Assembly (NCBI GenBank): GCA_963721805.1
Contig: CAVRJY010000001.1
Span: forward strand, 576,001-640,000
Source of the DNA: Nitrospirota bacterium
Lineage (GTDB): Bacteria > Nitrospirota > Thermodesulfovibrionia > Thermodesulfovibrionales > JdFR-86
Reading direction: 5' to 3'
Length of the DNA: 64,000 nucleotides
A model generated the notes under the pieces. The model was not told the origin of the DNA, did no database searches, and saw only the letters and a list, made by a program, of their open reading frames with translations. This document shows positions 1 through 9,742 of this stretch, in pieces (the first letter of the stretch is position 1; each line of letters opens with the position of its first letter). The position numbers and the translations under genes were made by a program.

Positions 1-1151
1 GCGTAGCTGTCAACCTCCAGGGGATAGAGAAGGAATCCGTCAGGCGCGGCGACACGCTGGCCGCGGCCGGGAGGCTTCAGCCCACCCGAGTCCTGGACGC
101 GAAGATCTCGCTCCTCCCCGAGGCCCCACCTCTTAAAAACCGCAAGACGGTTCACCTGCATATCGGCACTAGCGAGGCCGTTGCAAGGGTCGTGCTCCAT
201 GACCGCGACCACATCGAGCCGGGCGAGTCCGTCTTCTGCCAGCTCAGGCTCGACGTCCCGGTGGTATCGCAAAGCGGAGACAGGTTCATCATCAGGAGGT
301 TCTCGCCGGTAGAGACCATCGGAGGCGGCGAGGTCCTGGACCCCACGCCCCCGCGCCGCAAGAGGAGCGAGGGGCGCGATGACCTCGCGGTGTTCGAGAC
401 CGGAACGCTTACCGAAAAGATCGCGGTCAAGGTCCGGCGTGCCGGGCTTCAAGGCATTGGAAGCAGGACGATCGAGGGCTGGATAAATTCCGAGATTCCG
501 GCCGTCTCGGCCTCGATTGACTCGCTGGCCGCAAAAAAGATCATCGTACGCCTCGGAGACCTGCTGATGCACGCCGAGGCGGTATCGGCCTTCAGGGATG
601 CGGCCGCTGCCCGGCTCAAGGATTATCATGAAAAAAATCCGCTCAAGCCTGGCATGCCGAAGGAAGAACTCCGCACCGCGCTGCGCATCGAGGACGGCCG
701 CGTCTTTGCCGAGCTGCTCGCGACAGCCGTTGACGTGGTGGTCGAGAAGGACACCCTAAGGCTAAAGAGCTTCAGCGCGGCCGCCTCCTCGGCGGAGCGC
801 GACGAGATCTCGGCCATGCTCCTGCATGACGGCTTTCAGCCGCGCACCCCGGCAGAACTCGCCGCCGCGTCAGGGAAGACCGAGCGCCGGATCGAGGACG
901 TGCTAAAGCTCATGCATAAAGAAGGCTCGGTCGTGCGCATATCGGGTGAGGTCTATCTCTCCCGCGAATACTATGACAGGATGCTCGCCGCTCTGCGCGC
1001 ACATTTCGGAGCAAAGGCCGATATGACTGTGGCCGAGTTCCGCGACCTGCTGGGCACCTCGCGCAAGTATGCCCTGCCGTACCTGGAATACCTCGACGGA
1101 AACCGCATCACGCTCCGCGTCGGCGACGTCCGCAAGCTGCTGTTAAAGTGA
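1..1151 (+). CDS. selB: Selenocysteine-specific elongation factor SelB, 5' truncated by the window edge
   Basis: Frame is open from base 3 (VAVNLQGIEKESVRRGD...LHIGTSE...GDRFIIRRFSPVETIGGG). C-terminal winged-helix motif FRDLLGTSRKYALPYLEYLD is typical of SelB. Confidence 0.95.
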   Translation, partial: VAVNLQGIEKESVRRGDTLAAAGRLQPTRVLDAKISLLPEAPPLKNRKTVHLHIGTSEAVARVVLHDRDHIEPGESVFCQLRLDVPVVSQSGDRFIIRRFSPVETIGGGEVLDPTPPRRKRSEGRDDLAVFETGTLTEKIAVKVRRAGLQGIGSRTIEGWINSEIPAVSASIDSLAAKKIIVRLGDLLMHAEAVSAFRDAAAARLKDYHEKNPLKPGMPKEELRTALRIEDGRVFAELLATAVDVVVEKDTLRLKSFSAAASSAERDEISAMLLHDGFQPRTPAELAAASGKTERRIEDVLKLMHKEGSVVRISGEVYLSREYYDRMLAALRAHFGAKADMTVAEFRDLLGTSRKYALPYLEYLDGNRITLRVGDVRKLLLK

Positions 1152-1163
1152 TATCCGCTTAAA

Positions 1164-1193
1164 TTGACATTTGGCGGAGCGATTAAATAGAAT
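1164..1193 (+). promoter_or_regulatory. Sigma70 promoter of the tol-pal operon, apparently leaderless
   Basis: TTGACA (1164-1169), 18 nt spacer, TAGAAT (1188-1193). ATG lies 6 nt later with no Shine-Dalgarno (SD). Confidence 0.75.
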
Positions 1194-1199
1194 CAGAAG

Positions 1200-1826
1200 A
1201 TGCAGAACACGTTCATTGAGACCGTGCTCAATGCCGGTCCGGTAGTCAAGTTCATACTGCTGGTGCTCCTGACGTTCTCGGTGATTTCCTGGGCTATTAT
1301 CTTCTACAAGTTTTTTTATCTCTTGCGCGCCCGCAGGGAAAACGAGTCGTTCTACTCCGCGTTCCGCGCTACGCACCGTCTCGAGCGCCTCTCGGCCAAC
1401 GCCGAAGACCTCCATACCGGGCCGATGAGCAATGTCTTCCGGGCGGTCTATGCCGATTTCTCAGGCCGCGACCGGCAGGAGACCCGCCGCATGTTGCACC
1501 GCTTTGAGACCCTCGAGATCGAGAAGCTCGAGCGCTACCTGAGTTTCCTGGCCACCACCGGCTCGACCACGCCCTTTATCGGGCTCTTCGGCACCGTATG
1601 GGGCATCATGGACGCCTTCAGGGGCATCGGGGCGTCAGGCTCGGCCTCACTCGCGGTTGTCGCACCGGGCATAGCCGAGGCCCTGATCACCACCGCCGTC
1701 GGCCTGGCCGCGGCAATACCGGCGGTCGTCGCTTACAACTACTACGTCGGGCGCATAAGACAGGTCGTGGTGGAAACGCAGGACTTCTCGGAGGAGATCC
1801 TCGACCTCCTTTCGCCGGGTGCATAG
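1200..1826 (+). CDS. tolQ: TolQ (MotA/TolQ/ExbB proton channel)
   Basis: LATTGSTTPFIGLFGTVWGIM and VAPGIAEALITTAVGLAAAIPAVVAYN motifs; tol operon context. Confidence 0.93.
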   Translation: MQNTFIETVLNAGPVVKFILLVLLTFSVISWAIIFYKFFYLLRARRENESFYSAFRATHRLERLSANAEDLHTGPMSNVFRAVYADFSGRDRQETRRMLHRFETLEIEKLERYLSFLATTGSTTPFIGLFGTVWGIMDAFRGIGASGSASLAVVAPGIAEALITTAVGLAAAIPAVVAYNYYVGRIRQVVVETQDFSEEILDLLSPGA

Positions 1827-1829
1827 CCT

Positions 1830-2231
1830 GTGAGGACGGAGCGCGGCCGCGGGCTGATGTCCGAGATCAACGTCACGCCTTTCGTAGACGTCATGCTCGT
1901 GCTCCTGATTATCTTCATGGTCACGGCCCCGCTGATGCGCCAGGGCCTGGACGTCAACCTCCCGGAGGCCAAGGGCAAGGCGCTCCCCGAGGAGCAGCGC
2001 ATAGATATCACGATCACTAAGCAGGGCGCCATCGAGCTAGACGGCAGCACGGTTACTATCGAACAGCTCGGAAGGAAACTGCAAGCGATGAAGGCCGGCC
2101 AGCCGAATGTCTTCCTGCGGGCTGACAAGGACGTGTCCTACGGCGTGGTGGCCGAGGTAATGGGGGAGATCAAGAGCGCCGGTCTCGAGCGCCTCGGCAT
2201 GGTGACGGAGCCAAAGCAAGCCCTGCGATGA
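1830..2231 (+). CDS. tolR: TolR (ExbD/TolR)
   Basis: SEINVTPFVDVMLVLLIIFMVTAP motif. Confidence 0.93.
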   Translation: MRTERGRGLMSEINVTPFVDVMLVLLIIFMVTAPLMRQGLDVNLPEAKGKALPEEQRIDITITKQGAIELDGSTVTIEQLGRKLQAMKAGQPNVFLRADKDVSYGVVAEVMGEIKSAGLERLGMVTEPKQALR

Positions 2232-2983
2232 GAGGCAACGGCCTATACTGGGCTACGGTTATCTCGGCGTTTGTTCATGCGGCATTCTTTTTTCTGGCGC
2301 TTTTCATCCTGAAACAGTCGGACGTGCATATAAACGCCTCGGTATACACGGTGAACCTCGTTGACGCGATGCCTCGGCGCGCCGCCGAGCCCGCCAGGGC
2401 CCAGCTGAAGCCCGAGACAAAACCACAGGCCGAGGAGAAGAAGCTGGAGCCGCTTGAACAGCCCCCAACCGTATCGAAGAGCGCGATGGTCTATGCGGCC
2501 CAGAAGCTCAAGGCCATGGAGAAGCGGCTGTCCGAGGAAGTGCGCGCCGCGCAGCGGATTCAGGAGATCGCAAGGCAAAAGGCCGAGGAGAAGGACGCCG
2601 CGAAGCGGATCGCGGAGCTCAAGTCGAAGAAGCGTTTTGAGAACATAAGGCAGTCGGCCTCGGTAAAGGCCGATGCGGAACACGCAGTAGTGGACAGCTC
2701 GCGGGCCGAACGTACGCTCGATGAGTACACCTCAAAGGTCAACGACAAGATAAAGCGCGCATGGGTCTATCCGGACCTTGGGCAGATGGCGGGCATGGAG
2801 GCTACCGTATCGGTCACGGTGCAGGCAGACGGACGAATTATCGTTAACCGCATCGAGCGGACATCCGGCAATGCGATATTCGATCGCTCGGCGCTCAGGG
2901 CCATAGCCAAGGCAAGCCCGGTCGCGCCTCCGCCGTATGCACCGTTTGAGTTAGGAGTGAGGTTTTCCCCAGATGATAAATAG
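2228..2983 (+). CDS. tolA: TolA/TonB-family energy transducer
   Basis: N-terminal TM helix with S-x3-H, K/A/E-rich coiled linker, TonB_C-like end (SGNAIFDRSALRAI); lies between tolR and tolB. Confidence 0.85.
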   Translation: MRGNGLYWATVISAFVHAAFFFLALFILKQSDVHINASVYTVNLVDAMPRRAAEPARAQLKPETKPQAEEKKLEPLEQPPTVSKSAMVYAAQKLKAMEKRLSEEVRAAQRIQEIARQKAEEKDAAKRIAELKSKKRFENIRQSASVKADAEHAVVDSSRAERTLDEYTSKVNDKIKRAWVYPDLGQMAGMEATVSVTVQADGRIIVNRIERTSGNAIFDRSALRAIAKASPVAPPPYAPFELGVRFSPDDK

Positions 2984-4220
2984 ATTGCATAAGATCGTAT
3001 TGGCACTTCTCGTCGCCCTTTGCTTTACCAGCGCGGCCGAGGCAAAGGTTTACATAGACGTCGTGGCAGCGCCGCGCGTGATGCCGATAGCGGTGCAGCC
3101 GCTCGCCGGGCAGGGCGGGGTAGAGGTATCCTCCGTGATCGCCGACGACCTGCTATATACCGGCCTGTTTTCGGTGGCCGACCCTCTTAAGTGTTCCGAG
3201 CGGCCCGAGGAGGGCTTCTCGGCGGCCCGATGGTCGGCGCTTGGCGTCGAGGCCGTGGTCAAGGGGTTCGTCAAGGACGGGACAGTCACGGTATACCTAT
3301 ACGACGTGCTCGAAGACCGCGTGCTGATGCAGAAGCTCTACAGGGCCGACCAGCGCGGCATGAGGCCCGTAGGGCATCAGGCCGCGGCCGACATATATGA
3401 AAAGATCACCGGGGAGCACGCTGCCTTCACCTCACAGCTGGCCTACGTCGCTGGGAGGTCAGGGAGCAAGTCCCTGCGCATCTGCGACTGGGACGGCAAG
3501 AACGTGCGGCAGGCAGGGAAGCCCTCGCAGATGCTGGTCTCGCCGCACTGGGCCCCTGACGGGACGAAGCTCATATTCTCTGCCAACCGCTCCGGCACGT
3601 GGGGCATCTATATGTATGACCTCAGGACGGCCCAGGAGAGCGCGGTCTACTCCACTGACGGCATCTGCATCGCCGGGGACTTCTTCCCGAGTGGCGACGA
3701 GTTCACGCTCTCGTCATCGATGATGGGCACCGCCGATATCTATGTGTACAGCCTGAAATCGAAGCTCGCATCGCGCCTTACCACTGACCGCGGCATAGAG
3801 GTCACGCCATCCGTATCCCCCGACGGAGGCACCATAGCGTACGTCTCTGACCGCAGCGGCGTCCCTCAGGTTTACAGTATGGACAGATTAGGATATAATA
3901 GCGCGAGGCTGACGTTTACGGGCAGTTATAACACTTCGCCCGTCTGGTCTCCAAGGGGGGACAAGATAGCATTCAGCGGCCGGTTTGAGGGCAAAAACCA
4001 GATATTCGTCATGAACTCCGACGGCTCGAAGCCGGTCAGGCTCACGGACAGGGGCAACAACGAGGACCCGACCTTCTCGCCGGACGGCAGGTTCATCGCC
4101 TTCACCTCCGACCGCGAAGGGCCGAAGGCCGTCTATGTTATGAGGGCCGACGGCTCGGGCGCAAAGAAAATATCTTACCCCGGGGAGTCTGCATCGTCGC
4201 CCCGGTGGTCTGGAAGATAG
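2973..4220 (+). CDS. tolB: TolB beta-propeller protein
   Basis: Signal peptide and repeated P-x-W/F-SPDG (PD40) motifs. Confidence 0.93.
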   Translation: MINRLHKIVLALLVALCFTSAAEAKVYIDVVAAPRVMPIAVQPLAGQGGVEVSSVIADDLLYTGLFSVADPLKCSERPEEGFSAARWSALGVEAVVKGFVKDGTVTVYLYDVLEDRVLMQKLYRADQRGMRPVGHQAAADIYEKITGEHAAFTSQLAYVAGRSGSKSLRICDWDGKNVRQAGKPSQMLVSPHWAPDGTKLIFSANRSGTWGIYMYDLRTAQESAVYSTDGICIAGDFFPSGDEFTLSSSMMGTADIYVYSLKSKLASRLTTDRGIEVTPSVSPDGGTIAYVSDRSGVPQVYSMDRLGYNSARLTFTGSYNTSPVWSPRGDKIAFSGRFEGKNQIFVMNSDGSKPVRLTDRGNNEDPTFSPDGRFIAFTSDREGPKAVYVMRADGSGAKKISYPGESASSPRWSGR

Positions 4221-4250
4221 ATAATTAAATTAAACCCTGGAGGTGGATTC

Positions 4251-4832
4251 ATGAAAAAAATCCTTGCTATCCTCATTGCGCTGATGTTGATGCTCTCGGC
4301 TTATGGCTGCGCCGAGAAGAAAGCCGTTGTGAAGTCCTCCGAGGAGACCGCTACGTCCGAGGCCCAGAAGGCAGCTGAGGCCCAAAAGGCAGCCGAGGCC
4401 CAAAAGGCAGCCGAGGCTCAGAAGGCCACGGACGCACAGAAGGCCGAACGCGAGGCCGCCGAGGCCCAGAGGGCTGCAGAGAAGGCCAAGGACATGTTCG
4501 GCGATATCCATTTTGATTACAACAAGTACGCGATACTCGACACCGATAAGCCCACGCTGAAGGACCTCGGCGCATGGCTCAAGGCAAACAAGGCCGCGAA
4601 GCTCCAGGTCGAGGGAAACTGCGACGAACGCGGCACGAACGAGTATAACCTCGCCCTCGGCGACAGGCGCGCCCGCGCGGCAAAGGAGTATCTGGTATCG
4701 ACCGGAGTGGCCTCGGCCCGCATCAAGACCGTCAGCTACGGCGAGGAAAGGCCGATCTGCACCGAGCACGATGAGGCCTGCTGGACGAAGAACCGGCGCG
4801 ACCACTTCACGGTCATCGGCGGAGCGCATTAA
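4251..4832 (+). CDS. pal: Peptidoglycan-associated lipoprotein Pal
   Basis: Lipobox AYGC; OmpA-like domain EGNCDERGTNEYNLALGDRRA. Confidence 0.95.
   Translation: MKKILAILIALMLMLSAYGCAEKKAVVKSSEETATSEAQKAAEAQKAAEAQKAAEAQKATDAQKAEREAAEAQRAAEKAKDMFGDIHFDYNKYAILDTDKPTLKDLGAWLKANKAAKLQVEGNCDERGTNEYNLALGDRRARAAKEYLVSTGVASARIKTVSYGEERPICTEHDEACWTKNRRDHFTVIGGAH
4359..4448 (+). repeat. 18-bp in-frame tandem repeat in the pal linker (EAQKAA x4 plus a degenerate copy)
   Basis: GAGGCCCAGAAGGCAGCT / GAGGCCCAAAAGGCAGCC x2 / GAGGCTCAGAAGGCCACG / GACGCACAGAAGGCCGAA. Confidence 0.9.
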
Positions 4833-5749
4833 TGACGAAGATGCGGATGAAGGGGCTCCTGCTTGGGGCCCTCGCCCTCGTTTTGCTTGCGGCCTGCCAG
4901 GCGCAGGAGGAGATGAGGGCCGACATAAACGACATCCGCGCCTCGACGGTCGAGCTAAAACGCAGCAACGATGCACTCGCGTTGAGGGTCGACGCGCTTT
5001 CTAAGTCCGCCTCCGCGCTTGAGGCCAAGCTCAAGGATCTGCCGGACAAGGACACCGTCTCGGCGCTTGGCGAGAGCCAGACCTCGCTGCTTGAGCGCGT
5101 AAACGACCTTACCCAGCAGTTCCAGGAGATAAACGGCAAGGTCGAGGAGAGCAAGTACGGGATCGACCAGTCGATAAAGCAGACGGCGGCCGAGGTCGAG
5201 GTCCTTAAGAGCAAGGTCGAGGCCACTGAGGGTCACACAGTCGATCCGACAGCCTCGATCTCGGAACTCAAGACCCGTCTCGATGCGATCGAGGCCGACC
5301 TCGCAACGATCAAGGGCAAGGTCGCGATTTACGACGAGGCGCTCAAGCCCCAGCCGGCCGCCGCTCAGCCGAAAGAGGACCCCAAGCTCCTGTATGACAA
5401 GGCCCTTAAGGCGTTCAACGGCAAGCAGTACCCCGAGGCGCGCCAGGGGTTCAAGGATTTCATCAAGCAGGCCCCCGACAACAAGCTGGTCTCGAACGCA
5501 CAGTTCTGGATCGGCGAGACGCTCTTTGCAGAGAAGTCCTATGACGACGCTATACTTTCCTACGAAGATGTGATCCAGAAGTATCCCGACAGCCCCAAGG
5601 CCCCGGACGCGATGCTCAAGCAGGCATACGCATTTCTGGAACTCGGGGACAAGAAGGCCGCGCGCGGCATCCTGGGTGCGCTGATCGAGAAGTTCCCCAA
5701 GAACAAACTTGCCGAGACCGCGCGCAAGAAACTGTCCTCAATCAAGTAG
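4832..5749 (+). CDS. cpoB: Tol-pal protein YbgF/CpoB (coiled coil plus TPR, lipoprotein)
   Basis: Lipobox LAAC, coiled coil, [11 protein letters not shown]...[13 protein letters not shown]; follows pal. Confidence 0.9.
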   Translation: MTKMRMKGLLLGALALVLLAACQAQEEMRADINDIRASTVELKRSNDALALRVDALSKSASALEAKLKDLPDKDTVSALGESQTSLLERVNDLTQQFQEINGKVEESKYGIDQSIKQTAAEVEVLKSKVEATEGHTVDPTASISELKTRLDAIEADLATIKGKVAIYDEALKPQPAAAQPKEDPKLLYDKALKAFNGKQYPEARQGFKDFIKQAPDNKLVSNAQFWIGETLFAEKSYDDAILSYEDVIQKYPDSPKAPDAMLKQAYAFLELGDKKAARGILGALIEKFPKNKLAETARKKLSSIK

Positions 5750-5765
5750 AGGCGCGCTAATAACC

Positions 5766-6251
5766 ATGGCGCGCCCAGGAAGGCTCACCCACCTTAACGA
5801 AAAGGGCGAGGCCCGCATGGTCGACGTATCCGCCAAGCCCCCAACCATGCGCGAGGCCACCGCATCCGCCCGCGTGTTCATGGAGCCCGCAACACTCGCG
5901 CTGATCTCCGAGGGCCGTATCGAGAAGGGCGACGTGCTCGCTGTCTCCCGGATCGCCGGGATCATGGCCGCCAAGCGGACGCCCGAGCTGATCCCGCTTT
6001 GTCACCCGATAGCGCTGAGTTCGGTTCAGGTAGAGCTTATCCCCAACCCCGAGGGCCCATCGGTCGATATCACCGCGACCGCGGCTGCCACCGGGCCTAC
6101 AGGAGTTGAGATGGAGGCTCTCATGGCCGCGTCCGCAGCGGCGCTCACGGTCTATGACATGTGCAAGGCCGCGGAACGCGGGATGAGGATCACGGACGTC
6201 ATGCTGCTTGAGAAAAAAGGCGGCCGGAGCGGCCACTGGAGGCGCAAGTGA
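5766..6251 (+). CDS. moaC: Cyclic pyranopterin monophosphate synthase MoaC
   Basis: [41 protein letters not shown] motifs; start moved to ATG 5766. Confidence 0.95.
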   Translation: MARPGRLTHLNEKGEARMVDVSAKPPTMREATASARVFMEPATLALISEGRIEKGDVLAVSRIAGIMAAKRTPELIPLCHPIALSSVQVELIPNPEGPSVDITATAAATGPTGVEMEALMAASAAALTVYDMCKAAERGMRITDVMLLEKKGGRSGHWRRK

Positions 6252-6847
6252 GCAATGGCACGCTTGGCGTCATACTTGCCGGCGGGCGGAACACCAGGTT
6301 TCCGTATCCGAAGGGCCTGATCCGAATCGACGGCCTGACGATCATCGAACGGCAGGCGGCCATGCTCGCGAAACTCACCGGAAGGGTTATCATCAGCACC
6401 AACATGCCCGAGCTTTACTTCCGCTATGGCCTGCCGATGATCGGAGACACCGTACCCTCGCGCGGGCCGATCTCGGGGATATTCTCGGCCTTGAGGTGGT
6501 CCGGCGCGGGCCGAGTGCTCGCGCTCTCAAGCGACATGCCCTACATCGGCGAAAACCTGCTAGAATATTTACTGAAGCATGCCGCGCTCGACGCGACCGT
6601 CTGCATGCGCGGCGGCTGGGTCGAGCCCATGCCCGGCATATACGCGGCGTCCGCCTTGCGCGCGATCGGGCAGGGCGTGCTGGGCGAGGGCAGCGGATCG
6701 ATGCTCAGGCTGCTTGGCTCGATCGAGACGCGATACATAAGCGACGCCGAGGTCCGCGCGCTGGACCCGGAGGGGAAGTCCTTCGTCAACATCAACACCC
6801 CGGAGGACCTGGAAGCGAACCTGAATCCAACAGCGGATCGCGCGTAG
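6248..6847 (+). CDS. mobA: Molybdenum cofactor guanylyltransferase MobA
   Basis: [31 protein letters not shown] motifs. Confidence 0.88.
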   Translation: MSNGTLGVILAGGRNTRFPYPKGLIRIDGLTIIERQAAMLAKLTGRVIISTNMPELYFRYGLPMIGDTVPSRGPISGIFSALRWSGAGRVLALSSDMPYIGENLLEYLLKHAALDATVCMRGGWVEPMPGIYAASALRAIGQGVLGEGSGSMLRLLGSIETRYISDAEVRALDPEGKSFVNINTPEDLEANLNPTADRA

Positions 6848-6880
6848 CGCCGAGCACTCACCGGCAAGGAGGCATTGGAG

Positions 6881-7099
6881 ATGGATTTTTTTAGTCTGCC
6901 GCATTTGTTGGTCATACTGCTTATTGTGCTCGTAATCTTCGGCGGGGCGAAGCTGCCCGAGCTCGGCAAGGGCCTGGGCTCCGCGATCCGCAATTTCAAA
7001 AAGGCCGCCGCGGGCGAGGACGAGATAGACGTGACGCCGAAGCCCAAGGTAGAGGGCAAAGAAAAAGAAGAAGCGAAGAAAGACGAGAAGGGTGCGTAG
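6881..7099 (+). CDS. tatA: Twin-arginine translocase TatA
   Basis: [32 protein letters not shown] spaced for ATG 6881. Confidence 0.93.
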   Translation: MDFFSLPHLLVILLIVLVIFGGAKLPELGKGLGSAIRNFKKAAAGEDEIDVTPKPKVEGKEKEEAKKDEKGA

Positions 7100-8201
7100 A
7101 GGGCTCACAGCCGAGATCGACCTCGCCGCCGCCGGGCGCAACCTGGCTGCTGTCAGGAGAGCCGCGGGCGGGACGCCCGTGATCGCTGTCGTCAAGGCCG
7201 ACGCATACGGCCACGGGGCCGTCGAGCTGGGCCGGGCGTTTCAGCGTGCGGGGGCAGAGGCGCTTGCCGTTGCGTTTCTGCACGAGGCGCTGCAACTGCG
7301 CGAATCCGGCATAAGCGGACCCGTCATCGTCCTGTTTGACCGCACCGGCCCGGAGGAGTACTTCGAATACGGCCTCACCCCGGTCGTGCATGACATAAAG
7401 ACGGCCCTCATGCTCTCGGATGCCGCGACGCGCCGGGGTACGACGCTGGACATACACGTAAAGCTCGATACCGGCATGAGCCGCATGGGTTTTGAGGACC
7501 CCTCGGGGATATACGAGACCGCCTCGCTCCGGGGCCTGCGGATATCAGGGCTCATGAGCCATTTCGCCAATGCCGACATGGCCGACAGGGACTTCTCGCT
7601 CGAGCAGCTCAAGAAATTTAACGAGGTTAGAGAAGGGCTGATGAGAAAAGGGATATCTCCCGCGTGCCATATCGCGAACAGCGCGGCAGCGCTCAGCTCG
7701 TCCGAGTCGCGCTTTGATGCCATCCGGCCCGGTATCGCGCTGTACGGCTGTTCCCCGTTTGAGCCCGGGGTGGCGATGCCCGATGGCATCAAGCCCGTTA
7801 TGAGCCTGACCGCCCCCGTGCTGAGGCTCCGCCGCATACCCAAGGGCAGGCCGGTGAGCTACGGAGGCACGTTCATCACCGGCCGCGATACGCTTGCCGC
7901 GGTCGTGGCCGCAGGATACGCGGACGGCCTCGGGCGATGGGCATCGAACCGCTCGGCTGTGCTGGTTAATGGGAAGCGCGCCCCGATTCTCGGGCGCGTA
8001 TGCATGGACCTCGCGGTCGCGGACGTAACCGAAGCCGGGGAGGTCGACGAATTCTCGGATGCGGTCTTGATGGGCCGATCGGGGGATGAGGGCATCACGG
8101 CCGAGGAACTCGCCGCCGAGGCCGGGACGATCCCCTATGAGATATTGCTCCGGTTTGGGCGGCTCGCGAGTCGCAGGTTCGTAAACGGCGGCGAGGCATA
8201 G
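7092..8201 (+). CDS. alr: Alanine racemase
   Basis: [11 protein letters not shown] (PLP lysine), [22 protein letters not shown]. Confidence 0.96.
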   Translation: MRRGLTAEIDLAAAGRNLAAVRRAAGGTPVIAVVKADAYGHGAVELGRAFQRAGAEALAVAFLHEALQLRESGISGPVIVLFDRTGPEEYFEYGLTPVVHDIKTALMLSDAATRRGTTLDIHVKLDTGMSRMGFEDPSGIYETASLRGLRISGLMSHFANADMADRDFSLEQLKKFNEVREGLMRKGISPACHIANSAAALSSSESRFDAIRPGIALYGCSPFEPGVAMPDGIKPVMSLTAPVLRLRRIPKGRPVSYGGTFITGRDTLAAVVAAGYADGLGRWASNRSAVLVNGKRAPILGRVCMDLAVADVTEAGEVDEFSDAVLMGRSGDEGITAEELAAEAGTIPYEILLRFGRLASRRFVNGGEA

Positions 8202-8202
8202 C

Positions 8203-8970
8203 ATGAACTTCATCGGTTATATAGGACGCATGCTTATAAGCTTCACGCGCGTATTCGGCAGCGTGCTCAGGCTGCTGCTCGATACCTTGCGCCAGATCGT
8301 CACGCCTCCGTATCAGATAAGGCTGATAATGAGCCAGTTATACGAGGTCGGCGTGAAGTCCGTCCCTGTGGTGCTGATAACGGGCGTATTTACGGGCATG
8401 GTGCTCGCTCTGCAGTCCTATACGGGTTTCAAGCGCTTCGGGGCCGAATCCCTCGTGGGCTCGGTCGTCGCGCTCTCGATGACTCGCGAGATGGGCCCGG
8501 TGCTCACGGGGCTTATCGTGACAGGCCGCGCCGGTGCTGCGATGGCCGCCGAACTCGGCACCATGAGGGTGACCGAGCAGATCGACGCCCTCGAGACGCT
8601 CGCCACCAACCCGGTCAAATATCTGATCGTCCCGCGGTTCATCGCGGGGGTGATTATGCTCCCGGCCCTGAGCGTGCTTGCCGACATTATCGGCATCCTT
8701 GGCGGCTACGCGATCACGGTGGGGCTGTTCAACTCAAGCCCTGCCCAGTACTGGAACCGCACCTGGGACATCATGAAGATGGAGGACATCTATAACGGGC
8801 TGCTGAAGGCAGCGTTTTTCGGCGCCGCGCTCTCGATCGTATGCTGCTACAGGGGGTTTTATTCCGAGGGCGGGGCCGAGGGCGTAGGCAAGGCCACGAC
8901 CGGAGCGGTCGTTGTCTCGTTCATGACCATACTGATATCCGACTACTTCCTGTCGGCCTGGCTGTTCTGA
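8203..8970 (+). CDS. mlaE: MlaE-family ABC permease
   Basis: REMGPVLTG...GAAMAAELGTMRVTEQIDALE. Confidence 0.93.
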   Translation: MNFIGYIGRMLISFTRVFGSVLRLLLDTLRQIVTPPYQIRLIMSQLYEVGVKSVPVVLITGVFTGMVLALQSYTGFKRFGAESLVGSVVALSMTREMGPVLTGLIVTGRAGAAMAAELGTMRVTEQIDALETLATNPVKYLIVPRFIAGVIMLPALSVLADIIGILGGYAITVGLFNSSPAQYWNRTWDIMKMEDIYNGLLKAAFFGAALSIVCCYRGFYSEGGAEGVGKATTGAVVVSFMTILISDYFLSAWLF

Positions 8971-8983
8971 GGCTCATGGATAT

Positions 8984-9742
8984 ATGATCGAGGTCGAGGG
9001 GCTATATAAGGCATTCGGGGACAAGAAGGTGCTCGAGGGAGTCGACCTTCGGGTAGAGGACGGCCAGAGCATGGTCGTCATCGGCGGCAGCGGCAGCGGC
9101 AAGAGCGTGCTGATCAAGCACATCATAGGCATCCTCAAACCGGATGCGGGCCGCGTGCTCGTAGACGGAGAGGACGTCACCGCGATGGACGGCAAGGCCC
9201 TCCAGGGCGTCAGGCGCAAGTTCGGTATGCTTTTCCAGGGCGCCGCGCTCTTCGATTCGCTGCGCGTATGGGAAAACGTAGGGTTCGTCTACATGCAGGA
9301 GCGCAGGATGAAGGCCTCCGAGATACGCGCTATAGCCACGGAGAAGCTGCGCCTCGTAGGGCTCGTGGGCGTCGAGGACCTCATGCCCTCGGAGCTCTCC
9401 GGGGGCATGAAAAAACGCGTCGGGCTCGCCCGCGCGATAGCGCACGGCCCGAAGATCCTTCTGTACGACGAACCCACCACAGGGCTCGACCCTATCATGG
9501 CCGACGCGATAAACGACCTGATAGTAGAGATGAAGATGACACTCGGCGTGACATCTGTTACAATTACGCATGATATGCACAGCGCCTATAAAATCGCGGA
9601 CCGCATAGCCATGCTCTACAACGGAAAGATCGTAGCTGCCGGCACGCCTGAGGAGATCCGCGCCTCCGATGACCCATACGTGCTGCAGTTCGTAACCGGG
9701 AGTTCGGCCGGGCCGATCAAGGTTCAGGGGGCAGGTTTATGA
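8984..9742 (+). CDS. mlaF: MlaF-family ABC ATPase
   Basis: Walker A GGSGSGKS, signature LSGGMKKR, YDEPTTGLDP. Confidence 0.92.
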   Translation: MIEVEGLYKAFGDKKVLEGVDLRVEDGQSMVVIGGSGSGKSVLIKHIIGILKPDAGRVLVDGEDVTAMDGKALQGVRRKFGMLFQGAALFDSLRVWENVGFVYMQERRMKASEIRAIATEKLRLVGLVGVEDLMPSELSGGMKKRVGLARAIAHGPKILLYDEPTTGLDPIMADAINDLIVEMKMTLGVTSVTITHDMHSAYKIADRIAMLYNGKIVAAGTPEEIRASDDPYVLQFVTGSSAGPIKVQGAGL

